Shown: positions 37,150-50,495 of the stretch, piece by piece
How the letters are laid out: every line of letters begins with the position of its first letter
How positions within the stretch are numbered: position 1 is the first letter of the stretch
Assembly: GCF_026571515.1 (NCBI RefSeq)
Contig: NW_026855379.1
Coordinates: forward strand, 186,001 to 250,000
Reading direction: 5' to 3'
Length of the DNA stretch: 64,000 bases
From: Ruditapes philippinarum
Taxonomy: Eukaryota
Position numbers and translations under genes: made by a program
Notes under the pieces: model-generated
The model's database searches: none
The model's input: the letters and a program-made list of their open reading frames with translations, nothing else
Told to the model about the DNA's origin: nothing

Positions 37150-38068
37150 ACCATATCTTAGCCAAATATCATTCAACCGTTACACTAAAATTCCATAAGT
37201 GTATGAGAGAAGTAGTTCGGACAAAACTTTAAAAAAATGTTTAAAAGAGCCATAACTCTGACGAAAATCATTGAACCGGAAGATGCTGACGATATACACA
37301 ATTGTTACATTGATCTTAGGGATCATTGATTCTCACACTTCTTAGTGTGACAATTGGATTACCTCTTAAGCCGGTGCTAGGGGGGCATGAGGGATGTTGC
37401 ACTTTTTCATTATCCCTCATGCACACACTCAATCAAACTGAGTTTGCAATTTTCATGTAATTTTGTCGTGATTAATGCTTGATTTTCTCCAGATTTTTAA
37501 ATTGATAATGAGCATTCCTGTAAAGTTTAGATGAAATTGCACGAGCAATTTTTGAAAAATAGTCCGAACAAGTTTTGTGACAGACAGACAGATGGACAGA
37601 CAGACGATGGAAAAGTGATTTATATAAATCTATATAAGTCTTGGCTGTTTTGCAGTATGTATCAGCTATTATGTAGCAGGTAAAATAATACTGACAGACC
37701 AAAATACCTTATCTATTTAAAGGACATAACTCGGCAAAACTAATATAACCGGAAAACCCATGTTATATTCGCAAGAAATTATTCCTGTTACGGTTCATCC
37801 AAATTGCATTAGTTGTATAAGAGAAGTAGTCCGGACAAACATTAAAAATAAAATCATTAAAGGGCCATAACTCTAATAAAATCATTGAACTTGTAAGTCC
37901 TAAAGATGTGCACAACTAAACTGGGTACTGAAATTCCTGTAAAGTTTGAATGAAAATGCACCAGTAGTTTTTGAGAAGTTTTGTGATGAAATGACAGACT
38001 AACAGACAGACGACGGAGAAGTGATCCCCATATGTCGCCACTACTCTGTAGCAGGCGGCACAAAAACA
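37150..38068 (-). mobile_element. HINE/Helentron-associated element cluster
   Basis: Repeated gggccataactct units, (gaca)n microsatellite, gtgatcccatatgtcgcc..gcaggcggcacaaaaa end. Confidence 0.6.
37366..37470 (+). repeat. Dispersed ~110-150-bp repeat family (ttaagccggtgc...catgaacaggctcaatcaaac..gcaacattttca); also at 39613, 43779, ~55845, ~57040 (minus), 61040
   Basis: Recurrent colinear motifs. Confidence 0.65.
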
Positions 38069-38548
38069 TGAGTACTAAGTGACTATAAAAACATTGTATC
38101 GTCTTTTACTTTGTTTGATCTTTTATTTTATTTCCTTAACTCATCTTTTAAACTATTTACATTAGGAAACTTTGAGTAAATATTAGAGCTATAGAAAAAG
38201 TTAAACATTTCTATAAAAAATGAAATACTAATGAGAAACCTTTTGCATTGAGACGTCATTTAAAAAAACAAAAACATTGTTGTACCAGTACAACTTAGCG
38301 CTTTTATTCACTAGGGTGTAAGTATCATATGACCTTTCAAATATTATATTTATTGCCTTTGGTAATACCCGCTTATTATACCTTGATGATGAACCTGATG
38401 CTGTCTTGCAGATCTTTTGCCTTTAGCCTGAAAAAGTTTGAATAAGCACAATCTTACAATTTTTGAAAACATAATTTATGTTGTGTATACGATACTGCGT
38501 GTCGTCATACAAATCCAAGAAAGGGATCCGATCAGTTTGGTGAGTGAT

Positions 38549-39290
38549 GAGTCGGTACCAGGGGGCATGGGACTCATATAAGTTACAGGTGGCATGAAAG
38601 ATCTTACGTCGGTGACAGGGGGCATGAAATATCTTGGGTCGGCAACAGAGAGTATGAGAGATCTTAGGTCGGTGACAGGGGGCATGAGAAATCTTGGGTC
38701 GGCGACAGGGAGCATACGGGATCTAATGTCGGTGGCAGGGTGCATGAGAGATCTTAGGTCGGTGACAGAGAGCATGAGAGATCTTAGGTCGGTGACAGGG
38801 GGCATGAGAGATCTTAGGTCGGTGACATGGGGCATGAGAGATCTTGGGTCGGCGACAGGGAGCATACGGGATCTAATGTCGGTGACAGGGAGCATGAGAG
38901 ATCTTAGGTCGGTGACAGAGAGCATGCGAGATCTTAGGTCGGTGACAGGGAGCATGAGAGATCTTAGGTCGGTGACAGGGTGCATGAGAGATCTTAGGTC
39001 GACGACAGGGAGCATGAGAGATCTTAGGTCGGTGACAGAGGGAGAGAGATCTTAGGTCGGTGACAGGGAGCATGAGAGATCTTAGGTCGGCGACAGAGAA
39101 CATGAGAGATCTTAGGTCGGTGACAGACAGCATGAGAGATAATAGGTCGGTGATAGGGAGCATGGGAGATCTTAGGTCGGTGACAGGGAGCATGAGAGAT
39201 CTTAGGTCTGTGGAAGGGGGCATGATAAAGCTTGCACTTTCCACCATCTCTCATGAACAGAATGAAAGAAACCAATTTTAAGATTTCAAC
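38549..39290. repeat. 30-bp minisatellite (~22 units) inside a ttaagccggtgc-family element
   Basis: Unit ttaggtcggtgacagggagcatgagagatc. Confidence 0.93.
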
Positions 39291-42200
39291 TACATTTTAT
39301 TTTCTCTTATTTCAAGAATTCTTATACATGACCACCTTTCTATTTAAGTCATATAAAATTCAAACATTCAAATATATGTAATTCATAATTCATATCAAAA
39401 TATTTGCAAGCCTCGGTAAATTAAAAAAACCCACTTCTTAATTAAATAATTGAATCCAAAAACAAGAAGCCAAAACCTTCTTTATTCATAAAAAAATTAA
39501 ATTCAGTTTCTTTACTATTAGGATGCTTCTTAATTTGTTGATTAATCAGGTACTATGATGTGAATGCATCAAACTTGAATTTGACCTGTTCAATGTTAAA
39601 TGTTAATTCTGCTTAAGCCGGTGCTTGAGGGCGTCGAAGTTAGCTTAAAATCACCACTACTGTTCATAAACAGGCTTAATCAAACTGAGCTTGCAACATT
39701 TTCAATTGTGCCGTGACAGGCCCTCTTTTTCTATATTTTAATGTACAAGTACTACAGTTTGTGAAGTGACTCAATCAAACCAAATTAGTTTCTTTATTAT
39801 TAGGACATTTCTAAACTTTTGATTTATCATTTTGTCAGTTGTAAAGGTTGGGTATTATGTCATGAAGAATGATTTTACTATTATTACTATTCATGAACAG
39901 GCCTAAGGAAACCCAATCAGAAACATTTTTATTTTGCTCTGATGGGTTACCTTGAAGTGTTCAAGTTAATATGTTTAATTATTCATGAAAGAGAAAACAT
40001 TGAAAGAAATTTGAACTTAAATTTTTGATTTTCATAACAGTAGTAAATAAAACACAAGTTTTAAATTGAATTCTTTGCCGTTAATTGCAAGAAAACATTA
40101 AGCACTCAAAAAAAGAAGAAAGAAAAAGAAGAGAAATAATAAGTTTTGCAAAAAGAAAAGAAAGAATAAAAAGGAAAGAAAAAAGAAGAGACATAATGAA
40201 ATTTGCACTATCGCATGTTTAAATATAACTTTTTTGTACGGATCATTCATCATTTTCATTTTCTAAGAACTAAAGCAGTTGCGTTTTTTTGATATTTTAA
40301 ACTCTCTTAAACATTGTGGTTAAAAGATAATTATATTATGAAATAATCTAGATGTTCAGAAAAAATGTAATATCGTTTACTGTATACTTTGACATTGGGA
40401 TAAGTATTGATTTGAAGGTAATTAAAGATGATTTAATTACTACTGTGACGTCATTCGTACTGTACAGGCAGGTGTCCAATATTAATGTGTACGTCCAATA
40501 TGTATCGTAACACATAAATATAAGACAGTGTGTCGTGTAGTATGACCAAAGGACTTTGTTGAAAAATTATCAAAATAAAAAAAAAAAAAGATTTAGTAAA
40601 ATGTAACCTGTTATATCAGAAGGTTAAAGTAGTAATTTAAGTAAGATATAAGCCTAAAACTGACAAATTAGTAAAATATTGAATTCCCTTCGGCGCTATG
40701 CGCCTCATATTTTACATATGGCTTATATCTACTACACACACATATATATATATAGCATAAATGGCTTAGATGCATATGTTGTGCTCTATAGATATAAGAT
40801 ATATTTGGCGGGAAATATTTGCAATGGATTGAGACAATATAAGCTAATATAGTATACACCGAATTTTAAATCACATACTGGCCAATGATTGATAAGGCTA
40901 AAGACATAAGTTGTTTCAGTAAAGAAACGTCGTATACTTTAAAGTTTAAACCATCTTCATGTTTAAGATTGAAACTTTTATTTATCAAACAACAACTGAA
41001 CTTGTTTATCAAAGAAATATGTACTAGTATAAGTTTATACTTACGTTGACAGCCATCTGTACAGCTGATCTACATTCCACTTTAGACATGTCTTGGCATT
41101 CCAACAACAACAAAAATAATAATAATAAAATCATGAAACAAAAATACTGACGCGGCGTCGACATTTTGAAAATCTTATTGTATATCCTTTAGATCTCTTC
41201 TATTTATAGTGTGTTTACAATTTGAGAGATTGATTGATGTTAACAGTTGGTTATTCAGCAGGCCAATTAAATCTAAATTTTGTTTATCTAATGTAAATGT
41301 TTTTTTATATATACACCGGATTTCTTTAAATAAATATGAATAAGCTACTGTAATAAATTGATTAATATTAAAGATAGATTAAAATTCTATAAAAGGTTTC
41401 GAAGACTTAACCTCATGGTCGCATTTGTCAATCATCATATCACAATGTCATACCAGACAATAATTAAAACGTTTACTTCTTCTACAGACCAATATTGCAC
41501 ATATATTTGTAAATTCATATAAAAACATATATTTCTGGGATATATCTGTATCAATGGATTGAAAAAATGAAAACTAAACCATTGGCTGTTTTGAAACATT
41601 GGTAATTATTTCAAAATCCCATAAGAAGAGCTTTGAAAATTTACTTCTTCCCTCTTTTTGTTCTTACACAATTGACCCAACTCTTTTCCGATCAAGTACT
41701 GTTCTATAAATTGATTTTCGATCGTTACACATTTTTATTTTATTTATATATATAAAAAGCGTATTCACTCATATTTTTAATCACTCTTATTACCTAGAAA
41801 ATACACATTTTAAAATGATTTTTGTTCTAGTTTGAAGGTTTAAGCAAATGTTAAGCAGCTTTTATTCAATATAACGTTAGCCAAACCAATTTTGTGACAT
41901 TTCTTTTCATATTCAAGTGAGTGCATTTATAAATGTATAATGTAAAATGAAATTGACATCGTCTATATACATTAATTGTAATCATAAAATTGAGTAGCGT
42001 TTTCAATTTGCACTTGATTTTTCTCTCAATAAAATTGTGCAATTTAGGGAGGGTCGCAAACAAATTGTAAATATCATTGATTAATGACTTGACAACAAAA
42101 TATTTACCTTTTTAAAAAAATCGTTAACGATTGATGATTGGGCGTGCACCACCTAGAAGCTAATAGGCAACTCATTTCAAATACTAGGAAACTAGGGAGA

Positions 42201-43307
42201 ATTTGATTTATGTTCTTAAATACTTTTAATATGCCGACATTACTTTAATTCTGTTTGGATTACTTGTCTCGTAGGGTTAATACAAATCTCAAAGGCAACA
42301 GTTAAGATACATTGAATGACGCAATAATACATTTAATCTTACAATAACTAAATGAGAAAAGCACGTAATGGACATGTACAAAGTAAATTACGGCAAATTT
42401 GAAACTGTTGCGGATTTGGTTCTCAGAAATTATTTTACAATTGCCAAAAAAAGTTCATGCCGATCTGTCTTATCCCTTACCTCGCTGTATATCCTGGACC
42501 TGTCCTGCTTCCTATTTTAACAGTGTGGAAATCGAGATGAAAAATTAAGAATAAGTCAGCCTAGGCAGGCTGGTTTGATTCTAAACTAGTAACACATTCT
42601 TATCTCTTTCTAAAGTGATATACACTGAATATACAAAAATACGAGTGTGGGTAAATATGCAATGCAATAAAGTCAATAAATTGAACCAAAAAAGCAAATA
42701 ATTTACATTTTCTAATTTAACCATTCGAATAAATCGTTTCCTACAGAAAGACAGAGTTTAAATGCGTCAAAATTATCCTCCTTAGGTCTTCCTTCAAAAA
42801 GTGAAAAATGGCCGGCCCAAAGTGCATTATTGCTCCAGCTCCATGGGTAATAAAAAAATAACTTACTTAACTTTTTGACATTTGTCAATCGCTTGGCAAT
42901 ACATGCTCGAGGCTTTGGTCGCCTAAATCTTATTGTTTCACTTGCGAACTGGCGTAAAATTGTGACGCCAGCATTCATCACAAGTCACATTTTTTTTAAA
43001 ACAGCGACTGACATATTATTGAGGAAACATTTTCAGAAATTTTCGAGCGCATTTAACTGGTTCTTTGTTAGATGTTATCAAGGCAGTTGTTCTTCTTACA
43101 TTCAAGTGCACTTATTCGTCAAGTATAAAAATAAAACTGCCAACATATTTAACAAATATCATATTGATTAGTCACAGATATTTCTTTCACAATTTTTTAC
43201 ACATCTCTTAATACCCTGTGTACCTGCCTCTTGCTGCAACTTAGTCCCACAATGGGCTCTCATGGATATGATGTATTTCTGGATAACCCTCTTTGTGGTT
43301 TGGTTCA

Positions 43308-43509
43308 AATCCAATTGACAATTTGTACGTGGGACTTGTTCAAGGACAAAGTCAAAGCCCGTCGGAAACCCTTCAATTTGAAAGATTTGGCAATGCTAGC
43401 CAATGAGGATTGGAACAAAATCCCAAAGAGGGTTATCCAGAAATACATCATATCCATGAGAGCCCATTGCAGGACTATAGTTGCATCAAGAGGCAGGTAT
43501 ACACGGTAA
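43308..43509 (+). mobile_element. Tc1-family transposase C-terminal relic
   Basis: NPIDNL/WDLFKDKVKAR..LKDLAMLANEDWNKIPKRVIQKYIISMRAHCRTIVASRGRYTR* matches the Tc1 NPIENLW...W..IP...SM..RC..VI..GG.T.Y end. Confidence 0.8.
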
Positions 43510-44687
43510 CAATCGCTATTGTTGCCTGCTTTTAAAATTTGCCCTTTGATGCCTTGTCTGTGATATGCAGGCTTCATAACCTCAGATACCCTTTCAAAAT
43601 TCCATTTTTTTAAGTTATGCTCATTGTTTTCTCTTTTTTTCGGCACACACATTTTTTAAATTGGTGACCATACGCCACATTTGAAATGGCACTTATGTGT
43701 GACATAAAAAGTTCAATGATTATCGCCGTATGAACACATCTGCTGATTAATGTTCATGTTTAAATGTTCAATTGTATCTAAGCCGGTGCAATGGGATGCG
43801 GACGGTATGCTGCACTTCCCAGTACCGTCAATGAACAGGCTCAATCAAACCGCGCATACAACATTTTCAATAAAGTCGCGTCGGGCGTCCTTAAGAGACT
43901 CCGTTTTTTTCTATATTATAGATTTTTTATAACTATAGAACATTTTCATTTTCAACTAGACTTAAACAGTTGCATAAGGGTCACTGTTGCCATAACTATT
44001 ACAAATATCGTAACAAACATGTATCGGTGATTTTCCTGGTTTTGCTCGAGCTTTTAAATAAGCCCGTATTTCAGTTATTTTAAGCCATATTTTACATGAA
44101 GTTACTCGTATAAAGCATTTCAAATGTGAATAAAATTCTTAATCTGTTGACTAAGCACATGATTTTGATATCATTTAAAAGCCAAAGTATAGTTTATACA
44201 AACAGGAATCCCAAGCTAAATTAGAAAATATACTTCATTATTGCATTTACATATTGACCCATACAGAATATGAGAATGATATTTTGCTTCAGATAAATTC
44301 TGTTAGCATTTGTTAGGAGTTCCAAATGTCACTACTTCAATTATCAAATTAATTCCATTATTCATTCTACAAACGATGCCGACTCTAAAGGTTACACTTA
44401 TGTACACAAAGTTCATTACAAATTACACCAGATTATGACGAAGAAAAATTATATGTATAACGATTTTTCGTTGGTATGTCTCGTTCACAACACATGAAGA
44501 GATTCTTGCAAAGATGCATGGGAATGATGTTAAAAATAAGGATATTATTAAGGGATAAGTGCGTTATAAGTATAATCTTTCTAGAAGTTAACAAAATATT
44601 GAATCACTACGCTATTTGAAACAAGTGGCAAACATCGAGGATTTCGCAAAGTTTATTTATTTGTTGATTCTCATATTTTTTTCAAGC

Positions 44688-44869
44688 TACAGAAATACTT
44701 GTGAATTAAGGACAACCAAAGGAGAGACCATACATAGTCTTTATAGGCAAGTGGTCTTTATTGGTAGTGTATTTAATTGTATTTTTATCAATGAAGATTT
44801 GTCAAAGGGTGATCTTCACTAATGGGTGTTATTTATTCAGAGGTGTCTTTCACACAGGTTTAACTGTAC
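44688..44869. mobile_element. Decayed Tc1/mariner-type MITE upstream of each open GPCR (paralogous copies ~50664-50848, ~62324-62509)
   Basis: tacag...ctgta termini with internal gtggtcttta repeats; shared by all three duplicated units. Confidence 0.55.
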
Positions 44870-45388
44870 ATTTCAAGAACTCCAACGATTAATATATATA
44901 AAGTATTCAAGTGTATAAAGTCTTATATGTGTTTGTCTGTGGATTGAAAAATAATTGTTTATATTGTGAATACATAGAATGAAAGAAATTTTGTCAGTAC
45001 ATTTTATTGAAAGCAAATGTCATGCGAAAGATCATTGCATAACCTACTAAAAAGCATTTATTATGTTACTTTATAGTACTCTTGTATATCAGATAACACA
45101 GAAATTCTATGTTACAAATCTTTAAAGAAATAACTATTAGGTTATGAAAACAACTTAATTTTAATGTTTTTTTTTAAATTTCTAATAAACTATTATATCA
45201 GGTATAGCTTTATACACTTTAGGCTCTATTAGCAATTCTTATTTTTACCGAAAGCTCGATAGTATATATTACTTTATTTACAGTTTCAAGTGCAATGGCA
45301 GCCTGACATGCAACAAAGTTGTGAAGAGGATGCGACAATAGATGTTATGATTAGATGATGAAATTAACCGGAAATAGCAACACATTAC

Positions 45389-46363
45389 ATGAAAACTTGT
45401 TCAATTCTTCAGAGAATTTATGCTGCAATGGTGAACGACATTTTACTTCAAACCACATCTCTTCAAATTGTGTTTTTCATATTTTACATTATAGTATTTC
45501 TGGTTGGAATTAGCGGTAACTTGCTAGTCGTTTTTGTTGTCCTTCGAAAGAAGGCAATGCACAGTATAACAAACATTTATATAGCTAATCTAGCTACATC
45601 TGATATTATGATGGGCTTATTTGCTATTCCTTTTACGCCTTTGCAATTTTTTATGAAATCATGGATTTTTGGAGAGTTTTTATGTGCTTTTTTGCCGATG
45701 ACGATGAGTATATTAGTATACGTGTCAACTCTTTCATGTACAGTGATAGCCGTGCTCAGGTATTTTGCCATTGTTTACCCTCTTAAACCAAAAATAGGAC
45801 GATGTACGTGTTTCGTTATCGTAGTTTTCATTTGGTTTTTGTCCATGGCCATTTCATGGCCTTTGGATATTTCAGTAAAAACAATAATTGTGAATGATAC
45901 TGTGCTGTGTGTAGAAAAATGGCCGAAATGGCAGTCTCGACAATTCTTTACTTTTACAAACATCATACTTCAGTATTTGATACCATGCAGTATAATTATA
46001 TACTGTTATGTGAAAATTTCACTGGCATTGGACAGACGTTCAAAGTCTCATGTTGTAAGGAATAGCACAGATTCTGAACGCGAACAAAGAGAAATACAAA
46101 GGAAACGCCGGACTAACAAAATGATGATTTATGTTGTTTCGATATTTGTCGTCTGCTGGATGCCATTGAATCTATTCCATATCATATCAGATTTCCATCA
46201 GACATTTAAATATTCCCCGTACAACAGCCTGATTTTCTTCATAGCCCACCTAGTCGCTATGAGTTCTACAATTTATAATCCATTTATATACGCTTTCATG
46301 AGCGAAAAATTCAGGACTGAATTCAAAGCTTTACTAAGTTGCTGCCTGTTTTGTAAAAACTAA
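45389..46363 (+). CDS. Class A GPCR, sNPF/prolactin-releasing peptide receptor-like, copy 1
   Basis: 7 hydrophobic segments; GN (TM1), TNIYIANLATSD..AIPFTP (TM2), WIFG..C, CWMPLN (TM6), AMSSTIYNPFIYA..EKFR (TM7/H8); single coding exon; true start may be 45428. Confidence 0.93.
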   Translation: MKTCSILQRIYAAMVNDILLQTTSLQIVFFIFYIIVFLVGISGNLLVVFVVLRKKAMHSITNIYIANLATSDIMMGLFAIPFTPLQFFMKSWIFGEFLCAFLPMTMSILVYVSTLSCTVIAVLRYFAIVYPLKPKIGRCTCFVIVVFIWFLSMAISWPLDISVKTIIVNDTVLCVEKWPKWQSRQFFTFTNIILQYLIPCSIIIYCYVKISLALDRRSKSHVVRNSTDSEREQREIQRKRRTNKMMIYVVSIFVVCWMPLNLFHIISDFHQTFKYSPYNSLIFFIAHLVAMSSTIYNPFIYAFMSEKFRTEFKALLSCCLFCKN

Positions 46364-49278
46364 AAACCCGATGTAAATATATTGTAGGATGGACTTTCAA
46401 TTTAGTGCCACGTAATTTAGGATTTATAATCAAAAGTTTATTATTTCATGTAAGTAAACTGTGTCATACATTTCATATAGTTGTTTATTTTTTCCATATC
46501 CATACAAAATGACACTTCTTTAGCGAAAGAACGGAATGATTACAGATTTATTTGTAAGAATTTCTTTTTTATCTCTTTTACTTTCTGCTCTTATGTCATG
46601 GTGGTTGATGCCTGGAAACTTCTAGATAAAGACACAAAAGATTCATAAAAATGGATCAATCAAATACATTCCAGTCGACTGTAATCTTTATAATTTCTAA
46701 TTCAGTATCTGAAAAAAAAACACAAAAAAAAACATTAACCAAATAAAAACAAAAAAAAAACAAAAAAAAAAAAAAAACGAAAAAGTTTTTAAAATATTTC
46801 CGACAATTTCTGGTGCTCTGACCTTTAATTTATGTTTCATATTCTATTGATTGGTTTATGCTAAATGATGCAAGTAAACTTAGACAGATTCCAGATAATC
46901 GCAAACCTAAAAGATACTAAATTGCGTATTTCGCACGTGACGTCAAGTTAAAGACATTGTCCGAACGTGTCGGATATCGGCCTGCAATATTTTACCTTTC
47001 TGGAAAGGATGTTTCGTTCTGTTGGCAAAAATTATGACTATAGAAGGGATTATGAGTATTTGACGTGTGTTTAATAATTTGATAATTTTAAAACACACCT
47101 CATCTCTCATAATCTAAATATGTAGTCACCGTGTCCTTATCATTTTCACAAATGTCCATAATATGTGAACACAAGCCCGAGTCAACACAAAAATGGCAAC
47201 TACATGTTTTGATTAGCAAGGTCCATAAAGGTCTATTAGAATAACATTTAAAGGTAACACTTCTTTAATTATTTTTGTTGTTCAGTCTAGATTTCAGAAA
47301 TGAGAGTAATCTTAATATATTCTCGATATAATATTCTAACAAAAAAGTACTAGTTACGAAATTTCCATAAAGAGACCGGTTTAATATGTTTAGATAATTG
47401 TTTTGATTTCAATAAATCATGCCAACTGTCCAGCGCAGTGTTATTTTAGTGCGCTCTGGTCCCTGCCAAGACTAAGCGTTCCCTAGTAATTAATGATCCC
47501 CATATTTAGAAAATCAAATTTTACTTTTATTTTCTTAGAGAGCGCTTCCTGCATTTTGGTTGGTCAAAACTGTCCCTAGAAATAATAACTATATGCAAAT
47601 GCAAGATTTGCCGCCTTTCCAAGGCGCACTTGAAAATAAAATTTTGGAATGTGAAGTACGAATTTTGTGTATTTTTATTTATTAAGTTTCGGGCACAGAT
47701 ACGATTGTTTAGTAATTTTATTTTTGTTTTTTATTTGCCTTCGTTCGGGAAAATTATTGTTTAAATAATTTTTGTTCTAAAATAATTACATTTATTATTG
47801 TTAAGGTAAATACGTTAACAATTTTATGTTAAGATAGATAAAACTGTATCCTAGTTAAGATTTTGATGTAAAGGTAAATAATCTGCAATTCTATCAATTA
47901 ATAAATTTTTAAACATTACTAGCAGCAGGATTCCCACAGTACATGTATTTGTTAAGGATGAATTATATATGTGACTTGTTTATTTGTTAGTATGTATGTT
48001 GTTTTATTTGTTATTAATGAAAGTATAAATGTTTAACTTTCAGATAACCGCTATATACGCTATCTACGCTATATACGTTGTGCGATACACTATATACTCC
48101 TTAGACTATGTGTTGTTTCTGGAATAAAAGTGGAAATGCATCATTTTGTTGCCCAAACTTAGTGAAGCTGCCCATTACGGCCGTATCGGAGTGTCTTTGT
48201 AATTGGTAACAGTTGAAGTGAACACCCGTATTAACGTGTTCTGTCTCAGCCACCCACGTAATCTATCAGTAGTTGTTATACAGTTATTGAATATCCGTTG
48301 TGTTCCCCACAGAAGTGTTTAATTAGAGCATTAGAACAACGGTAGAATTGCATTTAATTAACAATGTTTTCTAGATATACCAATTGTTATAACCTCCAGA
48401 CGTGACTGCTTTTCTCAAATTGGTTACAGACAAAGGCCATTTCAAACGCCAGGATTTTTATTTACGAATCAATACTGTCTTGGTTATTTTATTGAATACA
48501 ACTGCATTAGGTGTATTTATTGTAATGTTCTTTCAATTTTCATGGACCAACTATTTTTGACCGTCTCTATTTTGCCTCCCGTTTCCTTTGCCTTAATAAA
48601 ACTACTGTTTACTTAAAACTCAAATCTTTCAAATATCAGTTTCCAACATAATGAACCTTTCCAGTGTTTACAGTTTTATGCAAATTGGCTGACTCTCTGT
48701 CCAATTGCTACACTGGAATAATACATGGTCACTGGTTGGCCTGGTTTACACAAAAGAACATACGAGCTGAGCTATATTTTTCACTGCTAATTACCGGAAA
48801 TGTCCATTTAGAGATCAACAAAGAAAAGAGAATTAAAAGACATTAACAGTCAGTTCGCATTATTAAACAAGTCTGAGTTGCAACCCTACATTTAGCATGA
48901 TATTGTTAAGATTGTTCTAATATTGTTACTCTTTGATGAGTTAATGTGAGACATATACCTTATTTATGGACGTGCGCTTCATTTAGCTTCCTCAGATTTT
49001 TGTTCTCCTTTAAAGAAACAGATTAACAATATAATCATATAATTCATTTGATTAAATTGGATGATTTCCTTACAATTTGATGTTATCGTTTATAAATTAA
49101 AAAAAATATGTGGTAAAAAGGCCTGTTTATTCATGTGAATTTTGCCAAAAATATTTAGAAATATTTTGCTTTTTAAAGTAAAACAGTATATTTACGAAAT
49201 TGATATTTTATTAGTGTTACAAACCTATGTGTTATTCGTTTCATTACCCTGAATTTTTCAACTCAATCTAATATCTAA

Positions 49279-49634
49279 TCTGATATAATGATGGGCTTAT
49301 TTGCTATTCCTTTTACGCCTTGGCAATTTTTTATGAAATCATGGATTTTTGGAGAGTTTTTATGTGCTTTACTGCCGATGATGATGTGTATATTAGTATA
49401 CGTGTAGTCATAGCCGTGCTCAGATATTTTGCCACTGTTTACCCTCTAAAATCAAAAATGGGACGATGTACATGTTTCGTTATCGTAATTTTCATTTGGT
49501 GTTTGTCCAGCGCCATTTCATGGCCTTTGGGATATTTCAGTAAAACAATAATTGTGAATGATACTGTGCTGTGTGTAGAAAAATGGCCGAAAAGGCAGTC
49601 TCGACAATTCTTTACTTTTACAAACATCATACTT
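49279..49634 (+). pseudogene. GPCR pseudogene A (TM2-TM5 fragment)
   Basis: Starts at SDIMMG; frameshifts and a deletion in TM3; 3' end cut at the palindrome-family insertion. Confidence 0.9.
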
Positions 49635-49905
49635 ATTTGCACCCTGGTGTGATTTTCGCGTGTAAAATATCTTTTTGTTGAATAGTCAAAAAGTGAACAT
49701 CCGTTTTCAACGGAAGTAATTGCAATGTAAATAATTATGTGTGAAACTGGAACATGCAGACGATTTAAGGATTATTTAACAATTTTAATCAGTGAAACGT
49801 TAAAGATATGGTGGACTACGCCCTCGTGATATAATTCTTCGCATCCGAACTCCAAACAGTGATGTTATTGAGCAATAAAATCACAGTTTGGGATATATTA
49901 TTTTT
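49635..49905. mobile_element. Partial palindromic hairpin element at the pseudogene A breakpoint
   Basis: 49816-49903 matches the right half of 29073-29245. Confidence 0.7.
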
Positions 49906-50404
49906 TAATTATACTGACCCCTCATCGCATATAATGAACTGGTTATTCATTGTTAACTTATCGGACTATAAAATTTATATTTTGCTTCTGATTCATTTCT
50001 GATTAGCATTTGTTAGCATTTTCAAATGTTACTATATCAGTTATCAAATTAATTCCATTATTCATTTATGAATAGATGCCGATTTTAAAGGTTACACTTG
50101 TGTTAAAGTCACTGAATACATATCCCACTGCAAATAATTCTAAACTATGACGTAGATAAATAACATATATAACGATGTCTCATTGCTTCAGTTTATTGGT
50201 ATGTCCCGTGAACAACATACGAAGAGATTCTTGCAAAGAAACATTAGATTTTTTTAAAAATAAGGATATATTATTAAAGGGATAAGTATGTTATAAGTAT
50301 ACTCTTTTGTTTTTTTAGACGAAAATGTGTTTAATGATAATGTTGTGTATGATGGTCAGCTTGGGTTCCAGATAACCCCTTAGTAAGCTTCATAAGCATA
50401 TCAA

Positions 50405-50495
50405 TTATGATTGGTTGTTATGATTATAAAATTCTGGGTGTGATCTGATTAGCCAATCACGTGATATTATTAGATACTATTTATAAATAGTCATA
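50405..50495 (+). promoter_or_regulatory. Candidate promoter motifs (two CCAAT boxes, CACGTG, TATAAA) upstream of GPCR copy 2; paralogous at ~62065-62155
   Basis: tgattggt..gccaatcacgtga..tttataaatag; motif evidence only. Confidence 0.3.

Noticed and set aside
38476-39281. ORFs of 124-179 aa on both strands (MRDLRSVTGS repeats)
   Set aside because: By-product of a stop-free 30-bp minisatellite; frameshift at ~39045; no splice or domain support
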